This document shows, one piece after another, positions 44,035 to 53,801 of a stretch of DNA of 53,801 nt. This DNA comes from an uncultured Lachnospiraceae bacterium (GTDB lineage: Bacteria > Bacillota > Clostridia > Lachnospirales > Lachnospiraceae): positions 1 through 53,801 of the forward strand of contig CAZUDG010000002.1 of NCBI GenBank assembly GCA_964618775.1, in the 5' to 3' direction. Position 1 is the first letter of the stretch. The number at the start of each line of letters is the position of its first letter. Under the pieces are notes generated by a model. That model saw only the letters and a list, made by a program, of their open reading frames with translations, was not told where the DNA came from and did no database searches. Position numbers and translations under genes: made by a program.

Positions 44035-45657
44035 ATGTACTTGAGCGATAATAGTATAAATAAAAGGAAAGAATCAATATTAAATGGAAAAACAAGTCTA
44101 GGAATAGAATTAGGATCGACTAGAATTAAGGCTGTTTTAATTGATGAAGCTTGTAAACCTATTGCATCTGGTGAATATGCTTGGGAAAACAAATTCACAG
44201 ATAATTTCTGGACTTACTCATTAGATGATATATGGCTAGGCCTTCAAGGTAGTTACAAACAAATGAAAGACGATGTAAAGGAACAATACGGAGTAACCCT
44301 TACGACTATTGGTTCGGTAGGTTTTAGTGCAATGATGCATGGATATATGGTCTTTAATAAAGACGAAGAACTATTAGTGCCATTTCGTACATGGAGAAAC
44401 ACCACAACTACGGAGGCATCGAAAGAACTAATAGAATTGTTCCAGTATAATATTCCTTTAAGGTGGAGTATTGCGCATTTGTATCAAGCAATATTAAACG
44501 AAGAGGAACACATATCTGAAATTGACTATTTAGTTACTCTATCTGGTTATGTTCATTGGAAGTTAACCGGAAGAAAGGTTATTGGAATAGGAGATGCATC
44601 GGGCATGTTTCCAATTACTTATTCTGAAAAAGATTATAACACAAGGATGATTAATCAGTTTGATGAACGTATTTCGTCAAAAAACCTTCCTTGGACCCTT
44701 AATGATATCCTGCCTGAAGTTCTATTAGCAGGTGAAGAAGCTGGTAGATTGACTAAAGAAGGGGCCAAAACCCTTGATGTTGAGGGTGATTTAGAATCTG
44801 GGATTCCTTTCTGCCCACCAGAGGGTGATGCTGGAACAGGAATGGTTGCAACCAATAGCGTAACTCCAAAGACAGCCAATGTTTCAGCAGGAACAAGCAT
44901 TTTTGCTATGATTGTTACAGAGGATGATTTGTCAAAGGTTCATGAAGAGATTGACATGGTAACAACACCGTCGGGAGAACCAGTTGCAATGGTCCATGTA
45001 AATAATTGTACATCTGATATAAATGCTTGGGTTTCAATATTTGAAGAGTTTACACAACTAATGGGAATAGAAGTGGACCAAGGTAGCTTATTCACAAAGC
45101 TTTACAATAAAGCTCTTGAAGGAGATAAAGACGGTGGAGATATATTGCCTTATGGATATTATTCCGGAGAGCCTATAACTAAGCTAGAAGAAGGCAGACC
45201 TATGCTTATTAGAAAACCAGATTCAAAATTCAACTTGGCAAACTTCATGAGGGCCAACATTTATTCGGCCTTCGGAGCCCTAAATATTGGTTTAGATATC
45301 TTGTATAAAGAAGAAAATGTAGAATTAAGTAGCGTCTTAGCCCATGGAGGGATTTTCAAAACAAAAGGTGTTGCACAAAGTTTTCTTGCAGCAGCTATGA
45401 AAACACCTGTTTCTGTTATGGAGACTGCTGGAGAAGGTGGAGCATGGGGAATGGCTCTCCTTGCCAACTATATGCTATATAATCAAAAAGATGGAGATCT
45501 TAATCTTAGCAAATACTTAGGGGATTATGTGTTTGCAGATAGTGAAGCATTTGAAATAAAGCCAAACAAAGAGGACGTAGAAGGCTTTGAACGATTTATG
45601 GACTTATATAAAACAGGCATTGCTGTAGAGCAAAAAGCTGTTGAAGTAATACGTTAG
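44035..45657 (+). CDS. araB: Ribulokinase (FGGY carbohydrate kinase family)
   Basis: The FGGY N-terminal LGIELGSTRIKAVL, length of 540 aa, and position directly after araD all fit. Confidence 0.8.
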   Translation: MYLSDNSINKRKESILNGKTSLGIELGSTRIKAVLIDEACKPIASGEYAWENKFTDNFWTYSLDDIWLGLQGSYKQMKDDVKEQYGVTLTTIGSVGFSAMMHGYMVFNKDEELLVPFRTWRNTTTTEASKELIELFQYNIPLRWSIAHLYQAILNEEEHISEIDYLVTLSGYVHWKLTGRKVIGIGDASGMFPITYSEKDYNTRMINQFDERISSKNLPWTLNDILPEVLLAGEEAGRLTKEGAKTLDVEGDLESGIPFCPPEGDAGTGMVATNSVTPKTANVSAGTSIFAMIVTEDDLSKVHEEIDMVTTPSGEPVAMVHVNNCTSDINAWVSIFEEFTQLMGIEVDQGSLFTKLYNKALEGDKDGGDILPYGYYSGEPITKLEEGRPMLIRKPDSKFNLANFMRANIYSAFGALNIGLDILYKEENVELSSVLAHGGIFKTKGVAQSFLAAAMKTPVSVMETAGEGGAWGMALLANYMLYNQKDGDLNLSKYLGDYVFADSEAFEIKPNKEDVEGFERFMDLYKTGIAVEQKAVEVIR

Positions 45658-45667
45658 TAGATACAAA

Positions 45668-45716
45668 GAATCCCATACCTTTAATGATAGTTTTAAAGGT
45701 ATGGGATTCTTTTTTT
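45668..45716. terminator. Bidirectional Rho-independent terminator
   Basis: A perfect 17-bp stem GAATCCCATACCTTTAA / TTAAAGGTATGGGATTC with an 8-nt loop, followed by seven T. It lies between convergent araB and the GH13 gene. Confidence 0.85.
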
Positions 45717-45730
45717 ATCCTTATTAATTC

Positions 45731-47644
45731 TTAAATTTTCAAGGTTATTTCAATTAGTTTGTGGCTTAAAGGTGGTAAATCATAAGTGATTATACCATTA
45801 ATTAATTTCATGCTTTCTTGATTTTCTATATTTGTCGCAGATTTAGGATGAAATCTTGCTAAATCTAAGCGAGTAAACTCGCTCTCTTTAGAGTTCATGT
45901 TAACAGACACAATTATAAGTTTTTCATCATTATATCTAGCATAAGCAATACTAGATGCATAAGCATATACAACCTCAATATCACCATCAACAAACAAGTT
46001 AGAGCTTTGCCGTAAGTCAATCATGTTTTTATACATATCTAAGACTTCTATGTCTTCATGACCCCAAGGGTATGTCCCTCGGTTAAAGGGATCATCAAAT
46101 CCCTCCATTCCTGCCTCATCTCCATAATATATACAAGGAACTCCAGGAAGGGTCATCTGCAGAAGAACTGCATTCTTAAGACGCTGTTTTGCAAGACTTC
46201 CCATAGACTCGTCTAGTTTATAGACAGCTTGCTCATCCTTTGAAAGATGCATATTGGCACCATCACCTAGAACTGTTAATATACGAATTGAATCATGGGT
46301 TGATAAAAAGTTCATCATAGCATATAAGGCTTGCCTAGGATAATTTTCATATAAAGACATTACTCGTCTTGCAAAATTATAGGCGTCAATATGCTGGCAA
46401 GTAAAATCTGTAATGGCATTACTAAGAGGGTAATTCATTACAGAATCCAATTCTTCACCAAGGAGATATTCACGATGAATACCATAACTAACCTTGTTAG
46501 AAGCGTCTTCCCATACTTCTCCAATTAAAATTGCATCAGAGTCAGTAGATTTCACTTCTTTTCTCATTAATTTAATAAAATCCTCAGGTAATTCATCAGC
46601 GACATCAAGTCTCCAACCTGAAGCCCCAAGTTTAAGCCATTTTTTGATAATAGCATTAGGAGAAGTAAGAATATATTCTACAAAAGATGGGTCCATTTCA
46701 TTTACGTCAGGGAGGGTCTTAAATCCCCACCAAGCCTCATATTCATCAGGGTAGTCAATAAAATCATACCAAGAATAATAAGGGGATTCCTTTGATTGAT
46801 ATGCTCCAAGAGTAGAATATTTCCCATGTTTATTAAAGTATTTACTATCGCTACCAGTATGGTTAAAGACACCGTCTAGAATTATTCTTATACCATAATT
46901 CTTAGCTTCTTGACATAACTCTTTGAAAAGTTCATTATCTCCAAACATAGGATCAACCTTTTCGTAATCTCCAGTATCGTACTTATGGTTTGAAAAGGCT
47001 TCAAATATAGGATTAAGATAAATAACTGTTATTCCAAGGTCTCTAAGATAGGCTAGTTTTTTAATTATTCCGTCAAGATTGCCACCATAAAAGTCATTAG
47101 CAAGATAATCGTCCCCAAACTGTTCGGCTTTGTAGAAAGGTGTATCACCCCAATTTCTAGGGATTATATCTTTGCGGTTATCTTTAAAGCTGTTCATATC
47201 ACCTTTTGAAAATCTGTCTGGAAAGATTTGATATGCTATTCCATTTCTGAACCAGAGTGGAGTTTCGTAGTCTTCTTTATATACTGTTATTTGAAAACAA
47301 GGAGGAATCCTTGTATAAGTTTGTCCCAAGCCTCCAAGTTGTTCAAGATTGTTGCCATAATATAAAGTGTTACCATTAGTTTTTATAACAAAATAATACC
47401 AAATAAGGCCAGGTTCTTCAGGAAGAGAAATCTTGGCTTCATATATACACCCTGTTCCTATTGAATCTAAATAATACATTGGAACACATGTGGGTTCACT
47501 ATCTTTAAAGTGATAAACTAACTCGATAGAATGGGGAATTTCACTGGATTTTCCAAAAAGCCTGAGTGTGACTTCACTCAGGCATGGAAGGGCTCCAAAT
47601 GGAGTCCTATATAAGTTGTTTCTTGAATTGTGCTCTATTACCAT
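45731..47644 (-). CDS. GH13 alpha-amylase family enzyme (neopullulanase/cyclomaltodextrinase-like, with N-terminal Ig-like domain)
   Basis: Four GH13 regions are readable: DGVFNH, GWRLDVADE, GEVWED, FLSTHD. The ATG at 47644 overlaps the glgP stop (ATGGTAA). The ORF-track start at 47665 is inside glgP. Confidence 0.88.
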   Translation of the reverse strand: MVIEHNSRNNLYRTPFGALPCLSEVTLRLFGKSSEIPHSIELVYHFKDSEPTCVPMYYLDSIGTGCIYEAKISLPEEPGLIWYYFVIKTNGNTLYYGNNLEQLGGLGQTYTRIPPCFQITVYKEDYETPLWFRNGIAYQIFPDRFSKGDMNSFKDNRKDIIPRNWGDTPFYKAEQFGDDYLANDFYGGNLDGIIKKLAYLRDLGITVIYLNPIFEAFSNHKYDTGDYEKVDPMFGDNELFKELCQEAKNYGIRIILDGVFNHTGSDSKYFNKHGKYSTLGAYQSKESPYYSWYDFIDYPDEYEAWWGFKTLPDVNEMDPSFVEYILTSPNAIIKKWLKLGASGWRLDVADELPEDFIKLMRKEVKSTDSDAILIGEVWEDASNKVSYGIHREYLLGEELDSVMNYPLSNAITDFTCQHIDAYNFARRVMSLYENYPRQALYAMMNFLSTHDSIRILTVLGDGANMHLSKDEQAVYKLDESMGSLAKQRLKNAVLLQMTLPGVPCIYYGDEAGMEGFDDPFNRGTYPWGHEDIEVLDMYKNMIDLRQSSNLFVDGDIEVVYAYASSIAYARYNDEKLIIVSVNMNSKESEFTRLDLARFHPKSATNIENQESMKLINGIITYDLPPLSHKLIEITLKI

Positions 47645-50094
47645 TTCGTCTTCTCCAGATTCCAAATGTTATCATTATAGTTTTCGATAGTTCTATCGCT
47701 TGAAAAGAATCCTGAAGCAGCAGTATTAAGAACTGCTTTATGCCACCATAAATCCTTGTCTAAGAAATCCTTTGAAACTTGACGTTGCATCTCTACGTAT
47801 GCCCTAAAATCCCTAACAACCATGTATGGGTCCGGCATACCATAATCGCCAAAGAGTAGAGATTGATAGATATCCCTAAAGGCATTAGGTTCACCAGCAA
47901 CAAGAGGGCCACTTAGCAATTGTTCAAGCACTTGGTGGAGTTCATAATCTGATGTATAAATTTGCTGTACCTCATTGGAATCATAAGCAAATCTATTCTC
48001 TACTTCATTAGCCCGTAATCCGAAAATGTATATGTTTTCTTCGCCTACTTGTTGGGTCATTTCTACATTAGCACCATCAAGAGAACCGATAGTAAGGCCA
48101 CCATTTAACATAAACTTCATATTACCTGTTCCAGAGGCTTCCTTACCAGCAGTAGAGATTTGCTCAGATAGGTCGGCTGCAGGAATAAGGATTTCAGCAA
48201 TACTAACACTGTAATTTTCTAAAAATACAACCTTCATTTTGTTACCAACTCTGGAATCATTATTAACCAGATTAGCTATTGAATTGATCAGCTTAATTAT
48301 ATCTTTGGCTCTACCATATCCAGGAGCAGCTTTTGCAGCGAAGATAAATGTTCTTGGCGTAAAAGGTCTGCTTGGATCTTCTATTAAACGATTATATAAA
48401 TACAATATGTGTAGGGCATTAAGTAATTGACGTTTATATTCATGCAATCTCTTTGCTTGAACATCAAACATAGAATCTATATTAATATCAATGCCATTCT
48501 GGTCTTTGATATACTGAGCGAGTTTCTTTTTGTTGTCTAGCCTAATTGAAGCAAATTCTTCCCTAAAATCCTTATTACCTGCATATGGCTTTAGAAGTTC
48601 GAGTTGTTTAGAGTCTGTTAGCCATTCATGACCGATCTTACTGGAAATAAGCTTAGAAAGCTTTGGATTAGAATAGTTTATCCAACGTCTAAAGGTAATA
48701 CCATTAGTTATTCCCATAAATTTATCTGGAAAAATATTGGCATAATCGGCAAACAAATCGTCAACCAAAATTTGAGAATGGAGCATAGAAACCCCATTTA
48801 CCTTGAAACAAGTAGCGAGACAAACGTTAGCCATATTAATCTGATCATTGGCGATGATTGCCATATATTCATGCTTGTTGCGGTCTCCAGGACAAGCTCT
48901 ATTTAATTTTTCCATCAACCTTTGGTTGATTTCTTTTAATATTGAAAAGATTCTTGGAAGTAATGGTTGGAACAAATATATTGGCCATTTCTCTAAGGCC
49001 TCACTCATTACCGTATGGTTAGTAAAGGCAAAAGTATTAGTTACAATATCCCATGCCTCATCCCATTCTAGCCCTTCTTCATCTAACAAAAGCCTCATCA
49101 TCTCTGGAATAGCAAGAGTGGGGTGAGTATCATTTATATGAATAACAACCTTGTCTGAAAACTTTGAAAAATCATTCCCATAGTTCTCTTTATAATCATG
49201 GAGGATCCACTGAACTGTAGCTGAAGATAAAAAATACTCCTGTTTTAGTCTTAACAACTTACCTTCAGGATTATTATCCTCTGGATATAGAATCTTGGAA
49301 ATGAACTCGTCCTTTTCTTTTTTAGCAATAGAATCTACATGATTGCCCTTGTTGAACTTTTCCATATCTAATCGTTCAGAAGATTCGGCTTCCCATAATC
49401 GTATATAATTAGCACGATTTGAATTATAACCACTGATTGGGAAATCATAAGGGACAGCTCTAATAGTTTCAGCATTATGGTATACAACTTTAAGTTTGCC
49501 ATTTATCCAAATGGATTCAAGGCTACCACCAAATTTGATATCAATTTTCTCATATGGTCGTTTTACTTCCCATATATTATCTTCTGAAAGCCACCAATCT
49601 GGTTCTTCAATTTGTTTACCGTCTTTAATTATTTGTTTGAACAGGCCATACTCATAACGTATTGTAGAGCCAACGGCTGGCAACTCTAGGGTAGTTAAAG
49701 AATCCATAAAACAAGCTGCAAGTCGACCTAAACCACCGTTGCCAAGACCGGCATCATGTTCACTTTGAATTACCTCATCGATATTTATGCCAAAATCAGT
49801 TAAGACATTCTTAAAGGTGTCGGATTGCATCAGATTAAGAATGTTATTAGCTAGAGATCTTCCTATTAAAAACTCCATAGATATATAGTATACCTTTTTG
49901 TTTTGATCTTCTTTGTCTTTTTTAGCAGTATCAGCCATCTTAACTAGCAACTCATCGCGCACTAGCAAAGCACAGGCTTGGTATATTAGTTCTGGTGTCA
50001 CATCATTTGTATTTTTTCCAAACTGAGTTTTAAGTTTAAGGGTGATTGCATCCTTAAGGTCTTTCTCGTTGGAAAAGGTTAAATTAGTTTGCAT
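47638..50094 (-). CDS. glgP: Glycogen/alpha-glucan phosphorylase
   Basis: 818 aa. The pyridoxal-phosphate site EASGTGNMKFMLNG and the GLGNGGLGRLAACF motif are present. Confidence 0.95.
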   Translation of the reverse strand: MQTNLTFSNEKDLKDAITLKLKTQFGKNTNDVTPELIYQACALLVRDELLVKMADTAKKDKEDQNKKVYYISMEFLIGRSLANNILNLMQSDTFKNVLTDFGINIDEVIQSEHDAGLGNGGLGRLAACFMDSLTTLELPAVGSTIRYEYGLFKQIIKDGKQIEEPDWWLSEDNIWEVKRPYEKIDIKFGGSLESIWINGKLKVVYHNAETIRAVPYDFPISGYNSNRANYIRLWEAESSERLDMEKFNKGNHVDSIAKKEKDEFISKILYPEDNNPEGKLLRLKQEYFLSSATVQWILHDYKENYGNDFSKFSDKVVIHINDTHPTLAIPEMMRLLLDEEGLEWDEAWDIVTNTFAFTNHTVMSEALEKWPIYLFQPLLPRIFSILKEINQRLMEKLNRACPGDRNKHEYMAIIANDQINMANVCLATCFKVNGVSMLHSQILVDDLFADYANIFPDKFMGITNGITFRRWINYSNPKLSKLISSKIGHEWLTDSKQLELLKPYAGNKDFREEFASIRLDNKKKLAQYIKDQNGIDINIDSMFDVQAKRLHEYKRQLLNALHILYLYNRLIEDPSRPFTPRTFIFAAKAAPGYGRAKDIIKLINSIANLVNNDSRVGNKMKVVFLENYSVSIAEILIPAADLSEQISTAGKEASGTGNMKFMLNGGLTIGSLDGANVEMTQQVGEENIYIFGLRANEVENRFAYDSNEVQQIYTSDYELHQVLEQLLSGPLVAGEPNAFRDIYQSLLFGDYGMPDPYMVVRDFRAYVEMQRQVSKDFLDKDLWWHKAVLNTAASGFFSSDRTIENYNDNIWNLEKTKW

Positions 50095-50272
50095 AACTCC
50101 TCCTATAATTAAACTATATTCTATAATTCGCTAAAGTCTTAGGTTGTAATTAAAACAAGATGTTAAATTATATAACGAATTTCTACTTTAATGCAAATAT
50201 TATAACATAGTTTTTTATCCTGTAATAGTAATTGTTATTATTATCATCAATATTAAGTTAGCTGAAATTTTG

Positions 50273-51715
50273 CTAATAATCAAGTACCTTTGAATATAGA
50301 TTAGCATATTGTTTAGCTGAGGTTTCCCAGGAAAAGTCTTTTGCCATAGCCTGTCTTGCAATGTTATTCCATGTGGTTTTGTCTTCATATATACCTTTTG
50401 CATATAAAATGGCATCCCACATTTCATCTGCGCTATAGTTAGTAAAAGAAAATCCTGTGCCTTCTCCTGTAAATTCATTATAAGGAATTACAGTATCTTT
50501 TAAGCCACCTGTTTCCCTTACAATAGGAACCGTACCATATCTCATACTGATTATTTGACTTAATCCGCAAGGCTCAAATAGTGAAGGCATTAGAAATGCA
50601 TCAGAAGCAGCATAGATTTTATGAGCAAGATCGTTAGAAAATGTAATGTTAGCGGAAATTTGCTCATTATTCTTCATGGCATAATCTTGAAACATCTTCT
50701 CATACTCTTCATCACCAGTTCCCAGTACAACTAACTGTATATCACTTTCGATTAATTTATCCATTATAATAGCAATCAAGTCTAATCCCTTTTGATCAGT
50801 GAGTCTTGAAACTAAGCCAATCATAAAAGTAGACTTGCTTGGTTTTAATTTAAGTTGCTTTTGAAGGGCGACTTTGTTTTCTTTCTTCCTACTTGGGAAG
50901 TCTCTGCGGTTATATTTTGCAAAAATCATACTATCTGCAGAAGGGTCGTATTCTTCATAAGAAATTCCGTTTACAATACCAGTTAAACTATTAGATCTAG
51001 CTCGCAGTAAACCATCTAGTTGTTCACCATAATAAGGTGTTTGGATTTCTTCTTTATAAGTTTTGCTCACTGTTGTAACATGGTCTGCATAAACTATACC
51101 ACCTTTTAATAAGTTAGCATCTCCCTTGAATTCCAACTTATCAGGAGCAAATAAACATTCTGCTAGACCTGTTGCGTCTTGAATTTCATCTAATCCCCAA
51201 ACACCTTGGAATTTAAGGTTATGTATTGTCATTATAGTTTTTATATTATGATAAAACTCGTCATGTTGGTATTGAGCGTTTAAGAATACGGGAATAAGTC
51301 CTGTTTGCCAGTCATGGCAATGTATAAGATCGGGCCTGAAATTAATATTAGGTAAAACAGAAAGCACTGCTTTACTAAAAAATGAGAATTTTTCTATGTC
51401 ATGATGAATATAACTATATAAAGCCTGGCCACCAAAATAAAACTCGTCATCAATAAAATAAAATGTTACACCCTTGTAGTTAAGCTCAAATATACCACAA
51501 TATTTGGTTCTCCAGCCTAAGGAAACATTAATATGTGTAATGAAATTCATTTGGTCAGTATATTCCTTGGGTATAGAACCGTACTTGGGCATTATAACCC
51601 TTAAATCATATTGCTCCTTATCAAAGGCAAAGGGAAGTGACCCTACGACATCTGCTAGACCGCCAGTTTTGGCAAATGGTACAGATTCAGAAGATGCTAA
51701 TAAAATGCGTTTCAT
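50273..51715 (-). CDS. glgA: Glycogen synthase (ADP-glucose type, GT5)
   Basis: The N-terminal SESVPFAKTGGLADVVGSLP motif, length of 480 aa, and a C-terminal GT-B pattern (PSLFEPCGLSQI, VRETGGLKDTV) are present. Confidence 0.95.
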   Translation of the reverse strand: MKRILLASSESVPFAKTGGLADVVGSLPFAFDKEQYDLRVIMPKYGSIPKEYTDQMNFITHINVSLGWRTKYCGIFELNYKGVTFYFIDDEFYFGGQALYSYIHHDIEKFSFFSKAVLSVLPNINFRPDLIHCHDWQTGLIPVFLNAQYQHDEFYHNIKTIMTIHNLKFQGVWGLDEIQDATGLAECLFAPDKLEFKGDANLLKGGIVYADHVTTVSKTYKEEIQTPYYGEQLDGLLRARSNSLTGIVNGISYEEYDPSADSMIFAKYNRRDFPSRKKENKVALQKQLKLKPSKSTFMIGLVSRLTDQKGLDLIAIIMDKLIESDIQLVVLGTGDEEYEKMFQDYAMKNNEQISANITFSNDLAHKIYAASDAFLMPSLFEPCGLSQIISMRYGTVPIVRETGGLKDTVIPYNEFTGEGTGFSFTNYSADEMWDAILYAKGIYEDKTTWNNIARQAMAKDFSWETSAKQYANLYSKVLDY

Positions 51716-51996
51716 ACAGATTCCTCCTTATAAATACATTAATAACAATAGAATACGACTAATTAATAAAGGTTATTAGTACTAGTTTTGATTATGTGCT
51801 TGAATTATTAATTTTTCTTATATATAATTAATACAGAAACAACTTTTTCTGGAACTTCTATTATTAATATCATATCATATTTTTGCTTTGCGAGTAAAGA
51901 AGATTGTGCAAATCTACAATAATTATGGTTTAAATCATGTGCAATCTTATAGATTTCAACATATTCAATAGAATAAAAGAGGAGGGGGACAAAACC

Positions 51997-53801
51997 ATGG
52001 AACAACAAGCAATTATAAGCCTAGAAATTTCCGAATTTCAAATATATTTGTTTCACGAAGGGACAAACTACAAAGCTTATGATTTTCTAGGCGCCATATA
52101 TTTTCCTGGTGGGGATGGACATGCTCCAGGTTTTAGATTTGCTGTATGGGCTCCCAATGCAATTAATGTAAGTCTTGTGGGGGACTTTAATGGATGGGAA
52201 GTCGACAAAGACCCAATGAAGGATATAAAGAACTCAGGTGGTATATGGTCTGTTTTTATTCCAGATATGAAGCCAGGGGAATTATATAAGTATGCTATAA
52301 CATCACCTACTGGAGAAGTTATACTTAAGGCCGACCCTTATGGTTATTGTTCTGAGTTTAGACCGGATACGGCATCTGTTACCTATAGATTGGATGAATA
52401 TAAGTGGAGGAATTCTATTAATAAAAGCCCTGACAAAGTCACAACATTTGAGTCACCTATGTTAATTTATGAAGTTCATCTTGGATCTTGGAAAAGACAT
52501 GAAGATGGCTCTTTTTTAACATATAGGGAACTATCAGAGGAACTAATTCCATATGTTGTGAATATGGGTTATACACATATAGAATTAATGCCTATTCAGG
52601 AATATCCTTATGATGCATCTTGGGGATATCAAGTGGTAGGTTATTACAGTTGTACTAGACGTTATGGTGACCCAGAAGATTTGATGTATTTTATTGATAG
52701 GTGTCATGATGTTGGATTAAAGGTAATTATGGACTGGGTTCCGGCTCACTTTCCAAAAGATAGTCATGGATTAGCAAAATTTGATGGGACTTGTTTGTAT
52801 GAATATGAAGATAAAAAATTGGGTGAGCATCCTCACTGGGGGACCTTAGTATTTGATTATAGAAAGCCACAAGTTCAATCATTTCTGATATCTAACGCTA
52901 TGTTCTGGTTAGAAGAATACCGTGTTGATGGTTTTAGGGTTGATGCTGTTTCATCAATGATTTATTTAAATTATGGAAGGGAAGAGGGTGAATGGGAAGC
53001 TAATAAGTATGGCGGTAATGGCAACCTTGAAGCAATGGATTTCTTAAAGAATCTTAACAAGGCTATATTTGCTGAATTTCCTAATGTACTTATGATAGCA
53101 GAGGAATCCACAGCATTTCCAAAGGTAACTGCGCCTGTTCATGAAGAGGGACTTGGATTTAACTACAAATGGAATATGGGTTGGATGCATGATTCACTAA
53201 ATTATTTTGCTACGGACCCACTATTTAGAAAGGGCAATCATAATTTATTAACATTTGTAATGATGTATGCATATTCTGAGAACTATATTTTACCTCTTTC
53301 CCATGATGAGGTTGTTCATGGCAAAAAATCACTAATAGATAAGATGTATGGTTCATATGAAGAAAAGTTCGATACCCTAAGAGCTTTTTATGCATATGCC
53401 ATGGCTCTGCCAGGTAAAAAATTATTATTTATGGGTGGAGAGTTTGGTCAGTTTACAGAATGGAATTTTGAAAAGGGGCTGGATTGGAATCTGTTAGAAT
53501 ATGAAAGCCATAAAAGGTTACACAATTATGTAAGAGAATTAAATAATGTTTATAAAAGCAATAAATCTATGTACCAACTAGACACTAAGGGTGAAGGATT
53601 TGAGTGGATAGAAGCAGATGATGCAGAAAAAAGTGTGCTAGTTTTTATGCGTAAAGGCAAACAAAATGGTGAATACATAATTGTGGTTTCCAATTTTACA
53701 CCTGTTGCTAGAAAACAGTATTCTATAAATGTGCCTACAAAAGGCCAGTATTATGAGGTAATTAATAGTAATTGGATTGATTATGGAGGTGATGAAGACG
53801 G
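51997..53801 (+). CDS. glgB: 1,4-alpha-glucan branching enzyme, 3'-truncated by the window edge (absent from the ORF track)
   Basis: The ATG at 51997 follows GAGGAGGGGGA. My manual translation gives MEQQAIISLEISEFQIYLFHEGTNYKAYDFLGA...FRFAVWAPNAINVSLVGDFNGW and later DWVPAHFPKD, FRVDAV, AEEST, LSHDEVVHGK. The frame stays open to the last base. Confidence 0.9.
   Translation, partial: MEQQAIISLEISEFQIYLFHEGTNYKAYDFLGAIYFPGGDGHAPGFRFAVWAPNAINVSLVGDFNGWEVDKDPMKDIKNSGGIWSVFIPDMKPGELYKYAITSPTGEVILKADPYGYCSEFRPDTASVTYRLDEYKWRNSINKSPDKVTTFESPMLIYEVHLGSWKRHEDGSFLTYRELSEELIPYVVNMGYTHIELMPIQEYPYDASWGYQVVGYYSCTRRYGDPEDLMYFIDRCHDVGLKVIMDWVPAHFPKDSHGLAKFDGTCLYEYEDKKLGEHPHWGTLVFDYRKPQVQSFLISNAMFWLEEYRVDGFRVDAVSSMIYLNYGREEGEWEANKYGGNGNLEAMDFLKNLNKAIFAEFPNVLMIAEESTAFPKVTAPVHEEGLGFNYKWNMGWMHDSLNYFATDPLFRKGNHNLLTFVMMYAYSENYILPLSHDEVVHGKKSLIDKMYGSYEEKFDTLRAFYAYAMALPGKKLLFMGGEFGQFTEWNFEKGLDWNLLEYESHKRLHNYVRELNNVYKSNKSMYQLDTKGEGFEWIEADDAEKSVLVFMRKGKQNGEYIIVVSNFTPVARKQYSINVPTKGQYYEVINSNWIDYGGDED

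Noticed and set aside
51716-51996. AGATTGTGCAAATCT and CATGTGCAATCT motifs in the glgA/glgB divergent promoter region, considered as a possible CcpA cre site.
   Set aside because: They lack the central CG and the TGWAANCGNTNWCA symmetry of cre. Only 5-bp arms are complementary, so the evidence is too weak.
1866-52008. Many 60-150 aa ORFs in the track lie antisense to, or nested within, long well-supported genes. Examples: 1866-2312, 2105-2356, 2758-3048, 3893-4156, 7538-7750, 9882-10073, 10171-10518, 11035-11220, 13109-13393, 13418-13768, 13919-14149, 14473-14679, 15182-15421, 16857-17302, 22736-23041, 23666-23902, 26802-27002, 28022-28327, 29427-29630, 30685-30912, 31054-31245, 32166-32360, 35487-35935, 36477-36779, 37124-37345, 37683-37886, 37910-38137, 38428-38646, 39496-39720, 41268-41450, 42048-42273, 43977-44198, 44655-44900, 45261-45467, 46494-46754, 48026-49126, 50215-50478, 51504-51779 and 51808-52008.
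   Set aside because: They are shadow ORFs of strong coding regions. They have no RBS, low-complexity or odd composition (Leu/Ser/Ile/Phe-rich), and no recognisable motifs. The opposite-strand gene explains each open frame.

Overview
This is a low-GC Firmicutes chromosomal segment that looks Clostridia-like and spore-forming (yaaL, bofA). All calls come from reading the sequence and the ORF track by eye; no HMM, BLAST or folding program was run.

Left part (1-11.1 kb): a tRNA-fMet/Phe/Lys cluster, transketolase, a small alarmone synthetase, an S1-domain protein, an HExxH membrane protein, a nuclease-like orphan, an M18 aminopeptidase, yaaL/bofA, a signal-less Cu/Zn SOD and an aldo-keto reductase.

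Centre (about 11.3-22.7 kb): the most interesting region. It is an 11-gene, same-strand, overlapping Tad/Flp-type (type IVc filament) operon.
- Recognisable core: two A24 prepilin peptidases, a TadZ/CpaE-like protein that has lost its P-loop, a CpaF/TadA ATPase, TadB- and TadC-like platform proteins, and one Flp pilin.
- Poorly understood accessory set: an 826-aa pseudopilin-anchored giant, a TadE-like protein with tandem Cys/His modules, a second TadE-like protein, and a 2-TM FHA-domain protein.
- A 19-bp inverted repeat sits inside the operon.
- A rhomboid protease and a sensor-less histidine kinase follow the operon.

Right part (24.8-53.8 kb): HIT protein, murG, mtnN, a membrane K/E-rich protein, pgi, birA, niaR, dnaX-ybaB-recR. 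Then an AraR-controlled L-arabinose regulon (CUT2 ABC transporter, araR, araA, araD, araB) with readable AraR operators. Last, a glycogen cluster (GH13 enzyme, glgP, glgA, and a divergent 3'-truncated glgB that is absent from the ORF track).

No CRISPR array, transposase, integrase or prophage genes were seen.
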